Source of the DNA: Syntrophales bacterium
GTDB lineage: Bacteria > Desulfobacterota > Syntrophia > Syntrophales > UBA2210
NCBI GenBank assembly: GCA_963662405.2
Contig: CAXXKT010000001.1
Span: 1,920,001-1,984,000 of the forward strand
Length of the DNA: 64,000 nucleotides
Direction of reading: 5' to 3'
Part shown: positions 37,940 through 47,689 of the stretch, piece after piece
How the letters are laid out: each line of letters opens with the position of its first letter
Position numbering within the stretch: the stretch's first letter is position 1
Position numbers and translations under genes: made by a program
The notes under the pieces: generated by a model
Databases searched by the model: none
What the model saw: the letters and a program-made list of their open reading frames with translations, nothing else
Told to the model about the DNA's origin: nothing

Positions 37940-39850
37940 TTACCACCTCCGTGATTTAGGCTTTTTCTCTTGCGGTTCTTTCCGTGGCGCCGCTGGTACG
38001 GACGCCTGTTCTTTCTGTTGCCTCAGATAGCTTGCCAGCATCTTGAGCGAGGGCAACCATTCGCTGTCGGCGCATGCCGCCGCGATCACTTCACAGTCGA
38101 GCAGGTGGTTGTCCTTCCGGATCTGTTTCCAGTAGGTCTTGCCTCTCCGGTCCCGCCGGAACTCTTCGGCCAGGACCTGGCGCGCGTAGTCGAGACCGGT
38201 GTCCGTGTTGAGCAGGAATCGCTGTGTCTCGCCTTCTTCCCGTTCCATGCGCCAGTGCAGCAGGGCCTTGTACTGGTCGGTGTCGAGGAGTCGCAGCTCC
38301 AGACCGCCGGGAATTGGCTTGTTCGATCGGGGCAGCTTGTCGATCTGCGACACCCTGATCCGGCCTATCTGCCTATGGGTCGCACCCTTGGTCCCGAAGA
38401 CCCTGCCCGGTTGCTGATCTCGTATCCACTGGTAGATCTCCTCGGTACGGGTCCAGATGTTCTCTTCCGTAACGCCGCCCCCGGTATCGATGCCGGCGCG
38501 CCAGATGCCCATCGTCTCGGTCGGTTTTCCCTCGATAGGATATTGCGTGTTGAAGACGAGGTTCTCCACGTCGTCGAATGTCGTCAGGTAGCCGTACTGG
38601 ACCAGCCATGATGTCAGGTCGTCGGCCCAGGCGCGGACGACGAACCAGAACCCGCTTTTCTGAACGTCGATACCCGCGGTCAGGGCGACCGCGTCTTTAG
38701 GGACAATGCCGGCGGCAAGTTCGGTCCTGCCCTCGAGGAGGGCGCTTTCCTTCTTCGGGACCACCGTCTCCCGCCAGACCTCGGCCTTGTGCTGGGTGAT
38801 GTAGACCATCATCTTCGACGGGTCCTCCATCCCACGCATATAGGCGGCGACGCAAGAGGACAGGGAGACAAAGGGACTGTACCAGGACGGGAGATGGAAC
38901 CCGATGACCGGGGCGCGCTCCACCGGGCTGTCCGGGATCCAGCCGTAAAACGAATCGGGGTTCCCGAGCCCGTTCAGGACGGCCTTGTTGCGCAGATGAT
39001 CATCCCACAGCATCCCGCAGGATTCGCACTGGTAGTGCGCCAGGCGCTTGCGGACGATCTCCCGGGGATCGTTGCAGGTCTTCGGCCAGTTGATCTGTCC
39101 GAAGTGCATCACCTGGGGGGCCCTGCAGACGGGGCAGACCGCGTAGTAACGCATCAGTTCGTCTGCCTCCCTTTCGATCATGGGGCCGATGTAGCCGCTC
39201 TCGTCCGTCGGGGTCGACAGGTCGATGGTTTTTTTGGTGAAGGGGTAGGCGTTCTGCCGCTGGTCGGTGAGTGCGATGGGATCGGCTTCCTTGCCGGTGA
39301 AGTCGGGATACTTGTCCACCTCGTCCCGGATCATGTAGCGGACCGATTCGGAGGACATCTCGGCGGCGCTGGTCGCCCAGGCCATCATGAAGTCCATGCC
39401 GTTCGTGAAATTGACATGCAGGGTCGTCGTGTCGGAAACGCCGGGTCCCAGGAGCTCGGCTATCCGGGACGTGGATCTGAACATGGGGAGAATCCGCCGG
39501 CGGGCGATCCGCTTTGTCACCTTCTCGTCGGGCATGATGTACATGCAGGGGCCGGGATCCTGCTCGATCCACTGGCAGAGGGCGTTGAAGGCGACCTGTG
39601 TCTTGCCCGTCTGGGGCGCGAACATGAGGATGATCCGCCTGACATGGGGCTGACTGATCGCGTTCATGGGCCCGACCAGGTAGGGCGTGGTCGTGTTCTG
39701 CCAGAGTCCGGTCATAGGACCGTTCGTGACGATGCGGTACCGCTCGGCCCACTCGGATACGGCCAGGCGTTCCCGGAGACGAAAGACGCGCCTCTCTCCC
39801 GGGGTGAAGGTGAGTGAGTCTTGGCTTTTTAGATCAGGAGCCGTGTTCAT
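37940..39850 (-). CDS. terL: Terminase large subunit, lambda GpA family
   Basis: SEWAE, TPYL, AP-QTGKT, DEVDKY, STPT, AGIDVQ, GIDTGG, NHLLDCEV. Confidence 0.95.
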   Translation of the reverse strand: MNTAPDLKSQDSLTFTPGERRVFRLRERLAVSEWAERYRIVTNGPMTGLWQNTTTPYLVGPMNAISQPHVRRIILMFAPQTGKTQVAFNALCQWIEQDPGPCMYIMPDEKVTKRIARRRILPMFRSTSRIAELLGPGVSDTTTLHVNFTNGMDFMMAWATSAAEMSSESVRYMIRDEVDKYPDFTGKEADPIALTDQRQNAYPFTKKTIDLSTPTDESGYIGPMIEREADELMRYYAVCPVCRAPQVMHFGQINWPKTCNDPREIVRKRLAHYQCESCGMLWDDHLRNKAVLNGLGNPDSFYGWIPDSPVERAPVIGFHLPSWYSPFVSLSSCVAAYMRGMEDPSKMMVYITQHKAEVWRETVVPKKESALLEGRTELAAGIVPKDAVALTAGIDVQKSGFWFVVRAWADDLTSWLVQYGYLTTFDDVENLVFNTQYPIEGKPTETMGIWRAGIDTGGGVTEENIWTRTEEIYQWIRDQQPGRVFGTKGATHRQIGRIRVSQIDKLPRSNKPIPGGLELRLLDTDQYKALLHWRMEREEGETQRFLLNTDTGLDYARQVLAEEFRRDRRGKTYWKQIRKDNHLLDCEVIAAACADSEWLPSLKMLASYLRQQKEQASVPAAPRKEPQEKKPKSRRW

Positions 39851-40734
39851 TGTTCGTCCTCCGTCTCTTCGTCTGTTTCGTCTTCCATAGCCTCGTCATT
39901 TCGTTCTGGGGGCGGCAGGATCACCCGGAAGGTCCGCTCCTCGCTGTAGCGGGCCAGGAACGATTCGAAACGGCCGAGAAGCCATTCGATCAGATCGGAT
40001 ATCGTGTCGGCATTGCCGGCGGCGCGGTTCACGATCTCGGATGCCTCGGCCCGCGCAAAGGTCTCAAGGTCGTTCCGGAAGACGGCGGCGCGTTTCGCCA
40101 GTTCTCCCTCGAACAGGTCCTTCGGCACGTAGGCGCCGGTGAACATCTCCGCCTTCATCGTCCAGTGCCGCGCCTGGGCCTTGGTCTTTTCGATCTCCGC
40201 GTGCAGTTTTTCCTGCTGCAGCTTCTCAAGTTTTTCTGAAGCGCTCCCGTCGGCCCGCTTCAGATAGGTCTGCGCATATCGGTCGACCTCATCGATCCGG
40301 TAGGTACCGTCGGCCTCGCATCGGAGTTTCCCCTCCTTTTTGTGCTTGTACACGGCGGACTTCCTGACCTTCCAGCCCTGATCCTGGAGGTACTCGGCCA
40401 CCGCCAGTGTGTTGGCAAGGGACGGAGCGCTCCCCAGGTATTTTTCGGACAGGACCACCAGTTGCTGTTCCAGGGCGGACTCCGCCTTCTGCCAGTCGTT
40501 GAGGCGGGCGGAGGTGGATTCCGCCTGGTAGTCCCGGATGCATTTCACAACGGCGTTGTGCAGGACCTTCAACGCGATCTGGTCCTGCCCGCCGGCAACC
40601 TCAAGCAGTTTTTTTACCTTCTCCTGATCCATCATTCCGTCCGAGATCGCCTGGCAGATCATCCAGGCGCGCTGCGCGTTACTCGCGCGCTTCCAGTCAT
40701 CAGCGACGATCTGATTCTCTTTTCCCTTTACCAT
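39847..40734 (-). CDS. Terminase small subunit-like (Nu1-type wHTH + coiled coil)
   Basis: Overlaps the terL start (ATGA); HTH then EKLHAEIEK...GAYVPKD. Confidence 0.65.
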   Translation of the reverse strand: MVKGKENQIVADDWKRASNAQRAWMICQAISDGMMDQEKVKKLLEVAGGQDQIALKVLHNAVVKCIRDYQAESTSARLNDWQKAESALEQQLVVLSEKYLGSAPSLANTLAVAEYLQDQGWKVRKSAVYKHKKEGKLRCEADGTYRIDEVDRYAQTYLKRADGSASEKLEKLQQEKLHAEIEKTKAQARHWTMKAEMFTGAYVPKDLFEGELAKRAAVFRNDLETFARAEASEIVNRAAGNADTISDLIEWLLGRFESFLARYSEERTFRVILPPPERNDEAMEDETDEETEDEQ

Positions 40735-41072
40735 TTACATGAGGCCCCTTTCGTGGTATCGGCACTCACGTGGATGGTAGCGCTTCGGCGCCCTGTGTCC
40801 CTGGCACAGGTTTACGGGAGCTCCCTACTCCCGGAATACCGTCCACCCTTCTTTTTTCCTTCAGTACAAACCGTCAATTATCTCTTTCGGATCTCACCTC
40901 CTCCCGATCAGGCTTCCCCTTTACCATTTACATAGGGGAATCGTTCGTGGTACAGAGACTCACGTGGACAGCAGTGCCGTAACGCCCTGTACTCTACCCC
41001 AGGTATTCCGGGAGTTTCCCAACAGCTCCCGGAATACCCTCCTTTCTTCCTTTTTCGCTTCAATACAAACCA
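40720..41072 (-). repeat. Diverged ~195-bp tandem duplication with conserved hairpins
   Basis: Shared blocks ctttaccatttacat, ttcgtggta, actcacgtgga, ctcccggaatacc, tacaaacc recur at offsets of ~195 bp. Confidence 0.75.
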
Positions 41073-42385
41073 TCGGTCATACGGCCTTCTTCCCGGCCTC
41101 TTACCAGCTCTGCCTTTTCCCCGGTGAACCGTTCCCACCGCTTCACGATCACGTCGCAGTAGACGGGTGTCTTCTCCATCGTGTTGCAGACACGTCCCAT
41201 CTGCTCGCACGCCATCAGGGTCGTTCCGGATCCTCCGAACCCGTCCAGGACGAGTATGTCAGGGCTGTTCGGCGTGCTGTTCCGGATCATCCTGCCCACC
41301 AGGGGAACGGGTTTCTGCGTGGGATGGAGGGGGTTCCGGGATTGGCGGTCCTCTCGCAGAACGGTGGCGGCCTCGCATCGCCGCATCTCCTTCACCAGTT
41401 CCACGAGCTCCGCGCGTTTCATCCGGGAGATGTCCGCCTCCTCGTCGATCACGGTCGTCAGTGAGTAGTCCATACAGAAGTAATGGGCCCGCCCCGGCTT
41501 CCATCCGTACAGGATGGGCTCATGTTTCCAGTTGTAGTCCTGCCGGCCGAGAACGGCGCCGTTCTTGACCCAGATCAGGCACTGCTTGAGGAGAAACCCC
41601 GCCTCGATGACGGCGCTCCGGAAGGCCAACCCCCCGATGTCGGAATGGGAGACGTAAAAGCAACTGCCCTCCCGGGTGTGGGTGTAGATGTTGCGGAAGG
41701 CGGCTGTGATCATCTCCCGGAACCGTTCAGGGGGAAGGTTGTCGTTCTCAATGCCCTCCCCGCGGTCGTTGTGATAGTCGACGTTGTAGGGGGGATCCGT
41801 CCAGACCAGATCGGCGAGGCGACCCTCCATCAGACTGGCCATCGCGCCGGCGTCGCTGCTGTCGCCGCAGAAGAGGCGGTGCCTCCCCAGGAGGTAGAGG
41901 TCCCCCGGACGGGTGATGGGTTCGGTGATTTTTGCGACCTCGGTTTCGGCATCGAAGCCGTCTTCCCGCGGTTCGGTCTCTTCCGCCCTCGGCATGATCT
42001 CCGCGATCTCTTCCGCGTCGAACCCGGTGAGGCTGACGTCGATCTCCACGGCCTCAAGTTCGACAAGCAGATCGCGGAGCCGGTCGAGGTCCCATTCGCC
42101 GCTGATCTTGTTGAGGGCGATATTGAGGGCCTTCTCCTTTTCCTCGGGGAGATCGACAACGGAGACTTCGGCCTCTGTCCAGCCGAGGTCCCGCATGACG
42201 GTCAGTCGCTGATGACCGCCGACGAGGCGCCCGGTCCGCACGTTCCAGATCAGGGGATCCACACAGCCGAATTCCTCCAGCGAGCGGCGGAGCTTCTCGT
42301 ATTCCCGGTCACCGCTGCTCAATGCCTTGCGCGGGTTGTAGTCCGCCGCGGTCAGATCACTCAGTTTCATGGTACTGAATTTCAT
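41060..42385 (-). CDS. ParB-like N-domain + DNA adenine methyltransferase
   Basis: ADYNPRK, LVGGHQRL, LNKISGEWD; TDPPYN, HPTQKP, LDGFGGSGTT. Confidence 0.92.
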   Translation of the reverse strand: MKFSTMKLSDLTAADYNPRKALSSGDREYEKLRRSLEEFGCVDPLIWNVRTGRLVGGHQRLTVMRDLGWTEAEVSVVDLPEEKEKALNIALNKISGEWDLDRLRDLLVELEAVEIDVSLTGFDAEEIAEIMPRAEETEPREDGFDAETEVAKITEPITRPGDLYLLGRHRLFCGDSSDAGAMASLMEGRLADLVWTDPPYNVDYHNDRGEGIENDNLPPERFREMITAAFRNIYTHTREGSCFYVSHSDIGGLAFRSAVIEAGFLLKQCLIWVKNGAVLGRQDYNWKHEPILYGWKPGRAHYFCMDYSLTTVIDEEADISRMKRAELVELVKEMRRCEAATVLREDRQSRNPLHPTQKPVPLVGRMIRNSTPNSPDILVLDGFGGSGTTLMACEQMGRVCNTMEKTPVYCDVIVKRWERFTGEKAELVRGREEGRMTDGLY

Positions 42386-42394
42386 GGTGCCTCC

Positions 42395-42838
42395 CTATTC
42401 CACCTGCTTCGATATGGCCCGGAGCTTTCCCAGGGCACGGAACTTGATCTCCCACAGCCTCACCGTCTCGGGGCTGATCTTCAAAATCCCGGCAATCTCC
42501 CGGGGGGAAATCCCGAAATGCAAAAAGACGGCAAGGAGGAGGACTTCGCTGTAGGTCATGTGACACCCGGCCAGGAAGGAACCCGTGAGGGCTGTAAAGA
42601 ACTTCCCGCATTGCCGGCAGCACACCCGTTTCCCTTCCCAGAATCTCTGCAACGCCTTTCCCGCTATCTCACCCCGGCACTCCGGGCAGCGGACGGGTCC
42701 TCTCCCGTGGATCGTCCCGAGGATCCATGCCCTGCAGGCGTCCTCATCCAAAAACCCCGCCTGAAATGACGCGGCAACATCGATCGGGACGAAAACGTTT
42801 CGCCTTATGCATTTCTCTTTATTTGCTTTAATTTCCAT
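42395..42838 (-). CDS. Zn-ribbon + HTH protein (resembles IS1595/InsA N-terminus, no DDE domain)
   Basis: CPEC...CRQC..FTALTGS...ISPREIAGILKISPETVRLW. Confidence 0.7.
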   Translation of the reverse strand: MEIKANKEKCIRRNVFVPIDVAASFQAGFLDEDACRAWILGTIHGRGPVRCPECRGEIAGKALQRFWEGKRVCCRQCGKFFTALTGSFLAGCHMTYSEVLLLAVFLHFGISPREIAGILKISPETVRLWEIKFRALGKLRAISKQVE

Positions 42839-42884
42839 CGGTTCCGTTTTTCCATGCAGTTTTTATTCAACAAGTAGTGAAGAG

Positions 42885-42931
42885 CCGGGGTGCTCCGTCT
42901 CCGTGTCCAAGGATTCCCTCAGGAAGGACCC
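42885..42931 (-). other. Putative cos site (cosQ + cosN-like)
   Basis: Minus strand: GGGTCCT + 23 nt ending ACG + GAGACGGAGCAC CCCGG, same spacing as lambda cosQ to nick site as I recall it. Confidence 0.6.
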
Positions 42932-43299
42932 GCTCGAGGGTCTCCTGTTCTGATGAAGGGAAGGAGATCGCCACGGGAGATGAGTTCGTTCAGATCGTCA
43001 CGGGCTTCCTCCAAGAGATCGCAGAGATTCTGGGCGGCGGTCCACCGAGCGGTGCCGATGTCGTCCCTAGTCATGGCCGGTTCGAAGTGGAGGCGGAAGC
43101 CGTCCCTCTCCCGGTAGATGGAAAAGCCCTTGTCCCGGTTCATCTTCATATACTCCGCCAGTCTCATCACCGCCGGGCGGTGCGTCCAGGGTGATGGATA
43201 TGCGTTTGTCCTGTTCGTCGGGGATCCCGTTGTTTCTTGTGTCTGTGTTTCTTCTTTTCCCGTCTGTGACTGGTACTTTTTGAAGTCGATTATTGGCAT
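42919..43299 (-). CDS. Phage hypothetical protein
   Basis: GGAGG RBS before MPIIDFKKYQ; the longer ORF call runs through the iterons. Confidence 0.6.
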   Translation of the reverse strand: MPIIDFKKYQSQTGKEETQTQETTGSPTNRTNAYPSPWTHRPAVMRLAEYMKMNRDKGFSIYRERDGFRLHFEPAMTRDDIGTARWTAAQNLCDLLEEARDDLNELISRGDLLPFIRTGDPRAGPS

Positions 43300-43370
43300 G
43301 ATTTCCTCCATAAACCGGCAAATCGCGATTTTGAACATCGCAGCATGTTGAAATTGCTTACGTATCCGGG

Positions 43371-43677
43371 TGGTCCAAGCTGGAATTGGCGAAACGAGTT
43401 GATATTGTTTGATTATTCGGAAAGTGGACCGGAAATGGACCGAAATGGTCCAAGCTAACTTTTTGATTTTATTGACTGGTCCAAGTGGTCCAAGTACTTT
43501 TCTATAAAATAGATTTATAAAATTGTAAGAAGTGTTCTCAACGCGCGCGCGCGCGTGCGCGCGCATGTGCAATATTTCAAAAAAGCTTGGACCACTTGGA
43601 CCACTTGGACCGGGCCGCGAAATCATTACGGTTTTTTCGGTGGTCAGGTTGGACCAGCCTGGACCACCTGGACCACC
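43371..43677. repeat. Putative replication origin: inverted iteron arrays around an AT-rich block and a CG-alternating core
   Basis: TGGTCCAAG x4 (43371, 43446, 43477, 43486) versus (C)TTGGACC/CTGGACCA x6 (43586-43677); directly downstream of the primase-helicase. Confidence 0.75.
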
Positions 43678-43805
43678 CTGCACCGTTTTCGCCGGTATTT
43701 TGACATACGGCCGCGTAAAATACTCGGGGGACGCGGGGGAAAACAGCGGTCTGGTACCGCACCGGAGGAAGCGATTCAAATGCTTTCTCTTGTTCATGGT
43801 CATAC

Positions 43806-46232
43806 TCATGTCTTCACCTTCAGTCCCACGCCGCGTATCACCCGTTTCCGTTCTCCGGAGATGCGGGGACGGTAGATCATGATGTTGTTCACGGCGTTCT
43901 CGAGCTCACGGAAGAAGTTGTTGTTCGACGTCGGCATGTACCCGTTCATCCCGCAGTACTGCCGGTACCGGCTGTAGATCTCGTCCTTGGCCACTTCCTC
44001 TTCACTGCCGGTGACGCACTCGTCCTCGACGAAGGAGAGGATCGGACTGTTCGATCTTCTGTAGGACATGATGAGGGCGCGGGTCTCCTCGCAGTCGGTG
44101 AACCGGCCCTTCTCCATCAGTCTCCTGAGCCCGCAGAGGGCCCAGTAGAAGATCTCCGACAGCTCTTCTTTGAGCTTGTCGAAGAGGTAGGGATCACGTT
44201 CGGGATCCCCCTCGAGGAACTGCCGCTTGAATCTGACCGGCAGGAACCGTTCGTACAGCGCATCGGAGGTGTCCTTGATGCGGGGCAGGATGTTCCCGGC
44301 GAATATCAGCTTGCAGTACGGGGCGAACTCGAAGTTGTCCCGGTGCTTGAAGGCGGCCTGGATGGGATCGCCGCTGGTGATCGCCTTGAAGTAGCTGCTC
44401 TCGATCGCCTGGCTCCCGATCTCCGTGGATATGTTCAGGAGCTTGTTGTAGAGCGACGACCGGGGGAACTCACGCTCCAGGTCCGGGAAGGAGACGGCGG
44501 AGCAGTTCCTCCCGCCCACCATCTCCCTGAGGAGCTTCATGAGCGTCGACTTCCCGTCCCGGCCCGGGCCGTAGAGGAAGAGGCACTTCTCGTAGCGTGC
44601 ATGGCGCGTCAGGATGTAGCCGGCGAACTCCTGGACCTGGTCGATAACCGCAGGGGTCCGGACAGTGGCGTCGAGATAGGCAAGGAACCGGTCGCACCGT
44701 TTCGGGGACGCCGGATCCAGGGATACGGGGAAGATGGTGGTGAAATAGTAGTCCGGATCGTGTTCCTTCATGTCGAAGGTGGTGATGTTCAGCATGCCGT
44801 TCTGCAGGCAGATCCAGTCCATCCGGTCGTTGACCTTCCGGCCGTGGGGCAGCGTGCAGAGCTTCCGCACCTGGTAGACGGCATCCTCGACCCGCGCCTT
44901 CTGTGATTCGGTGGCCAGGTGCCGTATGGCGGCGTTCTTCAGGTGGTCCTCGTCGAACTCTTCCCAGTACTTCCCGTTCCAGAGATAGATCAGCCCGGAC
45001 GCCGGGTCGGACATGAGCCGGTACTCCGCAAGAAGCCGCTCCGCCAGGAGGCGGGCCTTGAATGAGTAGCGGTGGTTGACGCCGTGTTCGAAGAACTCCT
45101 TCACAGACTCCAGATCGCCCGGGGGAGGATGCTCTCCTTCGGAAGAAGACGGCGTGGTCGACGTCGTTCCCCGGGTCTCGAACCGCGGCTTCTCCGCCGA
45201 TTCGACCAATATCTTGAAGTCGTCTGTTGTCTTTTGATGTCTGACGAAGAAGTCCGTCAGATCCTGGCCGTGATCGGCCGGAAAGCCCCCCTGCTCGTCT
45301 TTTCCCATGAAGCCGGGCCATTGTATGACCCGTACCGATTTTGCCGTGCCGACGAGCGCCTGGGCGGCGTACCGGGTGTACTTCTGTCCCGGGCGGTCGG
45401 CATCGTAGGCGATGACCACGTCCCGGTCCCTGAAGGCGTCCAGCTGGTCGTCGGGGAACGTCTTGAGCTTCGTTGTCTGGGTGATTGCGTTGAAACCGTG
45501 CGACAGGGCGCAGATCGTGTCGCTTTCGCCCTCGCAGAGGATGACCGTATCTTCGGGGTGCAGGGGGCGTGCCGGGAAGAGGCGCGACCGGCCGGTGGAC
45601 CGGGCGAAGGAGATGATCTTGTAGCGCTTCGCCCCCGGGCGGTAGAGCCTGATGTTGACCAGCTTACCCTCGCTGTCCCGTACGGGGACTGCCAGCCGGT
45701 CCGGGACCTTGATGGCCACCAGGGCGCCCTTCTTCGACAGGTAGTGCGTCTGGAGGCGGAGGTCGAGGATCTCCATCCATTTCCGTGACCATCCCCGTTC
45801 CTTCTCCATGCGGGCCAGGAGGCCTTCCGGAAGGGCCGGGAAGAGCTCCAGGGCGCGCTCCATCTGTTCGTTGACCATCGCCGGATCGAGGGGAGGTGTC
45901 TCTTTCTCCGATCGTTCTGCCGCAGCATTTTTTGCTCTCCCGGAGGAGTCGATCGGGATGTCGTAGGCCTCGCAGAAGGCCCTGAATCCCTCCTTCCGGC
46001 CGTAACCCTTCACCTCGGACCACAGCCTGATCAGGTCGCCGTCGGCGTTGCAGGAGAGGCACTTATAGACGTCTTTCTTGAAGTTGTACGAAAATGAGGG
46101 GTTCTTCTCGCCGTGGAGGGGACAGAGGCCGTGCAGTTCGCCCTTGGTCTCGTCGACGCTCGTGACGGTGAACAGCGTCCTTGCGATCTCCGCCCGGCGG
46201 GCTTCTCCCAGGTATTTTGCGGCAAGACCCAC
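43806..46232 (-). CDS. Phage primase-helicase (CHC2 Zn finger, TOPRIM, D5/SF3 helicase; P4-alpha-like)
   Basis: CPLHGEKNPSF...CLSC; CEGESD, YDAD; GPGRDGKST, KAITSGD. Confidence 0.93.
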   Translation of the reverse strand: MGLAAKYLGEARRAEIARTLFTVTSVDETKGELHGLCPLHGEKNPSFSYNFKKDVYKCLSCNADGDLIRLWSEVKGYGRKEGFRAFCEAYDIPIDSSGRAKNAAAERSEKETPPLDPAMVNEQMERALELFPALPEGLLARMEKERGWSRKWMEILDLRLQTHYLSKKGALVAIKVPDRLAVPVRDSEGKLVNIRLYRPGAKRYKIISFARSTGRSRLFPARPLHPEDTVILCEGESDTICALSHGFNAITQTTKLKTFPDDQLDAFRDRDVVIAYDADRPGQKYTRYAAQALVGTAKSVRVIQWPGFMGKDEQGGFPADHGQDLTDFFVRHQKTTDDFKILVESAEKPRFETRGTTSTTPSSSEGEHPPPGDLESVKEFFEHGVNHRYSFKARLLAERLLAEYRLMSDPASGLIYLWNGKYWEEFDEDHLKNAAIRHLATESQKARVEDAVYQVRKLCTLPHGRKVNDRMDWICLQNGMLNITTFDMKEHDPDYYFTTIFPVSLDPASPKRCDRFLAYLDATVRTPAVIDQVQEFAGYILTRHARYEKCLFLYGPGRDGKSTLMKLLREMVGGRNCSAVSFPDLEREFPRSSLYNKLLNISTEIGSQAIESSYFKAITSGDPIQAAFKHRDNFEFAPYCKLIFAGNILPRIKDTSDALYERFLPVRFKRQFLEGDPERDPYLFDKLKEELSEIFYWALCGLRRLMEKGRFTDCEETRALIMSYRRSNSPILSFVEDECVTGSEEEVAKDEIYSRYRQYCGMNGYMPTSNNNFFRELENAVNNIMIYRPRISGERKRVIRGVGLKVKT

Positions 46233-46461
46233 TATAAAACCCCTTTTTCTCCTCCTGGAACAGCCCGAGTTCCCGCAGTCTTACCTTTCCCCTCAGAATC
46301 GGGGAAAATCGAAAATTGACGCTGAAACCGCCCCCCAACAACCACTTTCAAGGGTTTCCTCGCAAGGGACGCCCCTTTACTTGTCCCACAAGGGAGGGAT
46401 TCTTTCCCATACGATATGAATGGACCGGACAGGTTTCGATGAGACTCTTCAGCAGCGCGAA

Positions 46462-47682
46462 TCATAAAGACAATACCTCCTGCGCAAGGCGCTTTGTACC
46501 CATGTCGATGTACTCATCTTTCAATTCGATCATGACGGCTTTTCTCCCCAACTCCTTTGCCACATACGCCGTTGTCATCGATCCGCCGAACGGGTCAAGG
46601 ATCACATCACCAGGCATGCTTCCGGCTAGGATACATGGTTTGACAAGATCCGGAGGAAATGTTGCGAAGTGGGCTTCCTTATATGGCTGCGGGTTGATGA
46701 TAAAGGCCAGTGGATCACCGTCATCGTCCGTCAAAAGACCCTGCCATGATTCGAAGAACCAATCAGTGTTGCGTCTAGCCCGGAGAGTAACAACATCCTT
46801 TACCGCCGCCGAGAATGACGTGTTCTGTTTGTCCCTCCAGCCCGGTCCACGACCGAATTTAGATGACGTTCCGAGCTCCTGTTCTTTCCGGCCCGTATCT
46901 TTTGTCACATTGTGATCTATTGCCCTGTGAGATCCCGGGCCATTCATCCAACCGGAGACGGGCTTTTGAGCCTTCGGGTTGACGCCGGGCGGTACCATAT
47001 GCTCGAAGGATCGAGCGATTGTCTGTCCACCGGGACCGCCATCAGCATACTTGTGGTGATCTGATCTTCCTCGCCGCCCATACCGTGCGTGTGAATATGG
47101 TGATGCCATGATCTTTACCGATTCATGGTCGTAGAAGTATCGAGAGGACTTCGACAGGAGAAATATATATTCTATAAATTGAGCTGGTCTATCTTTACAG
47201 GATTCAGGCATCCCGTTTCTCTTCAGCCAGGGGCAGCACGAGCGTAACCACCAACCGTCTGCCTGGAGGGCCATAGCGACGCGGAAAGGTATCATGCATA
47301 GGTCTTTGGGCTTGAGTCCCAAAACACGATAATCTGATCGCGGGATGAGGGCATTATCTCTGCGACGTGATTGTGTGGTTGATCGCGCTCCTCCTCGTGC
47401 ATCGTTCCTGTTGCCGGCATACAAATCCCCCATATTCAGCCACAACGTGCCGTCTTTGTTCAAAACCCGGCGGACTTCACGGAAGATAGTCACTATCTTC
47501 TCAACATACTCTTGGGGTGTCTTTTCGAGGCCGATCTGACCCGCGACACCATAATCACGCAGTCCCCAGTACGGAGGCGAGGTTACGCAACACTGTACAT
47601 ATTCGTCCGGGAGGCTCCGGAGGATTTTGAGCGCGTCACCGTGATAGATCGTTATCCCTGCGTGGTCATAATAAGGCGTCAT
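46462..47682 (-). CDS. DNA methyltransferase, N4-C/N6-A family (SPPY)
   Basis: VTSPPYWGLRDY, HFATFPP, LDPFGGSMTT; long internal insertion. Confidence 0.9.
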   Translation of the reverse strand: MTPYYDHAGITIYHGDALKILRSLPDEYVQCCVTSPPYWGLRDYGVAGQIGLEKTPQEYVEKIVTIFREVRRVLNKDGTLWLNMGDLYAGNRNDARGGARSTTQSRRRDNALIPRSDYRVLGLKPKDLCMIPFRVAMALQADGWWLRSCCPWLKRNGMPESCKDRPAQFIEYIFLLSKSSRYFYDHESVKIMASPYSHARYGRRGRSDHHKYADGGPGGQTIARSFEHMVPPGVNPKAQKPVSGWMNGPGSHRAIDHNVTKDTGRKEQELGTSSKFGRGPGWRDKQNTSFSAAVKDVVTLRARRNTDWFFESWQGLLTDDDGDPLAFIINPQPYKEAHFATFPPDLVKPCILAGSMPGDVILDPFGGSMTTAYVAKELGRKAVMIELKDEYIDMGTKRLAQEVLSL

Positions 47683-47689
47683 TCCCTCT

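Noticed and set aside
41483..42769. 428-aa plus-strand ORF (and similar long ORFs at 38789-39817 and 55017-55844)
   Set aside because: Antisense shadows of high-GC genes that have clear motifs on the other strand.
42395..42838. IS1595/IS1 insertion sequence
   Set aside because: Only a Zn-ribbon and HTH; no DDE domain, terminal inverted repeats or target duplication seen.
43371..43677. Possible CRISPR array
   Set aside because: Repeats are 9 bp, abutting or inverted, with no unique spacers and no cas genes.
43300..43809. N-terminal half of the 296-aa ORF with GPSGPS/GPLGP collagen-like repeats
   Set aside because: It is a translation of the 9-bp iterons; a better RBS and start lie at 43299.
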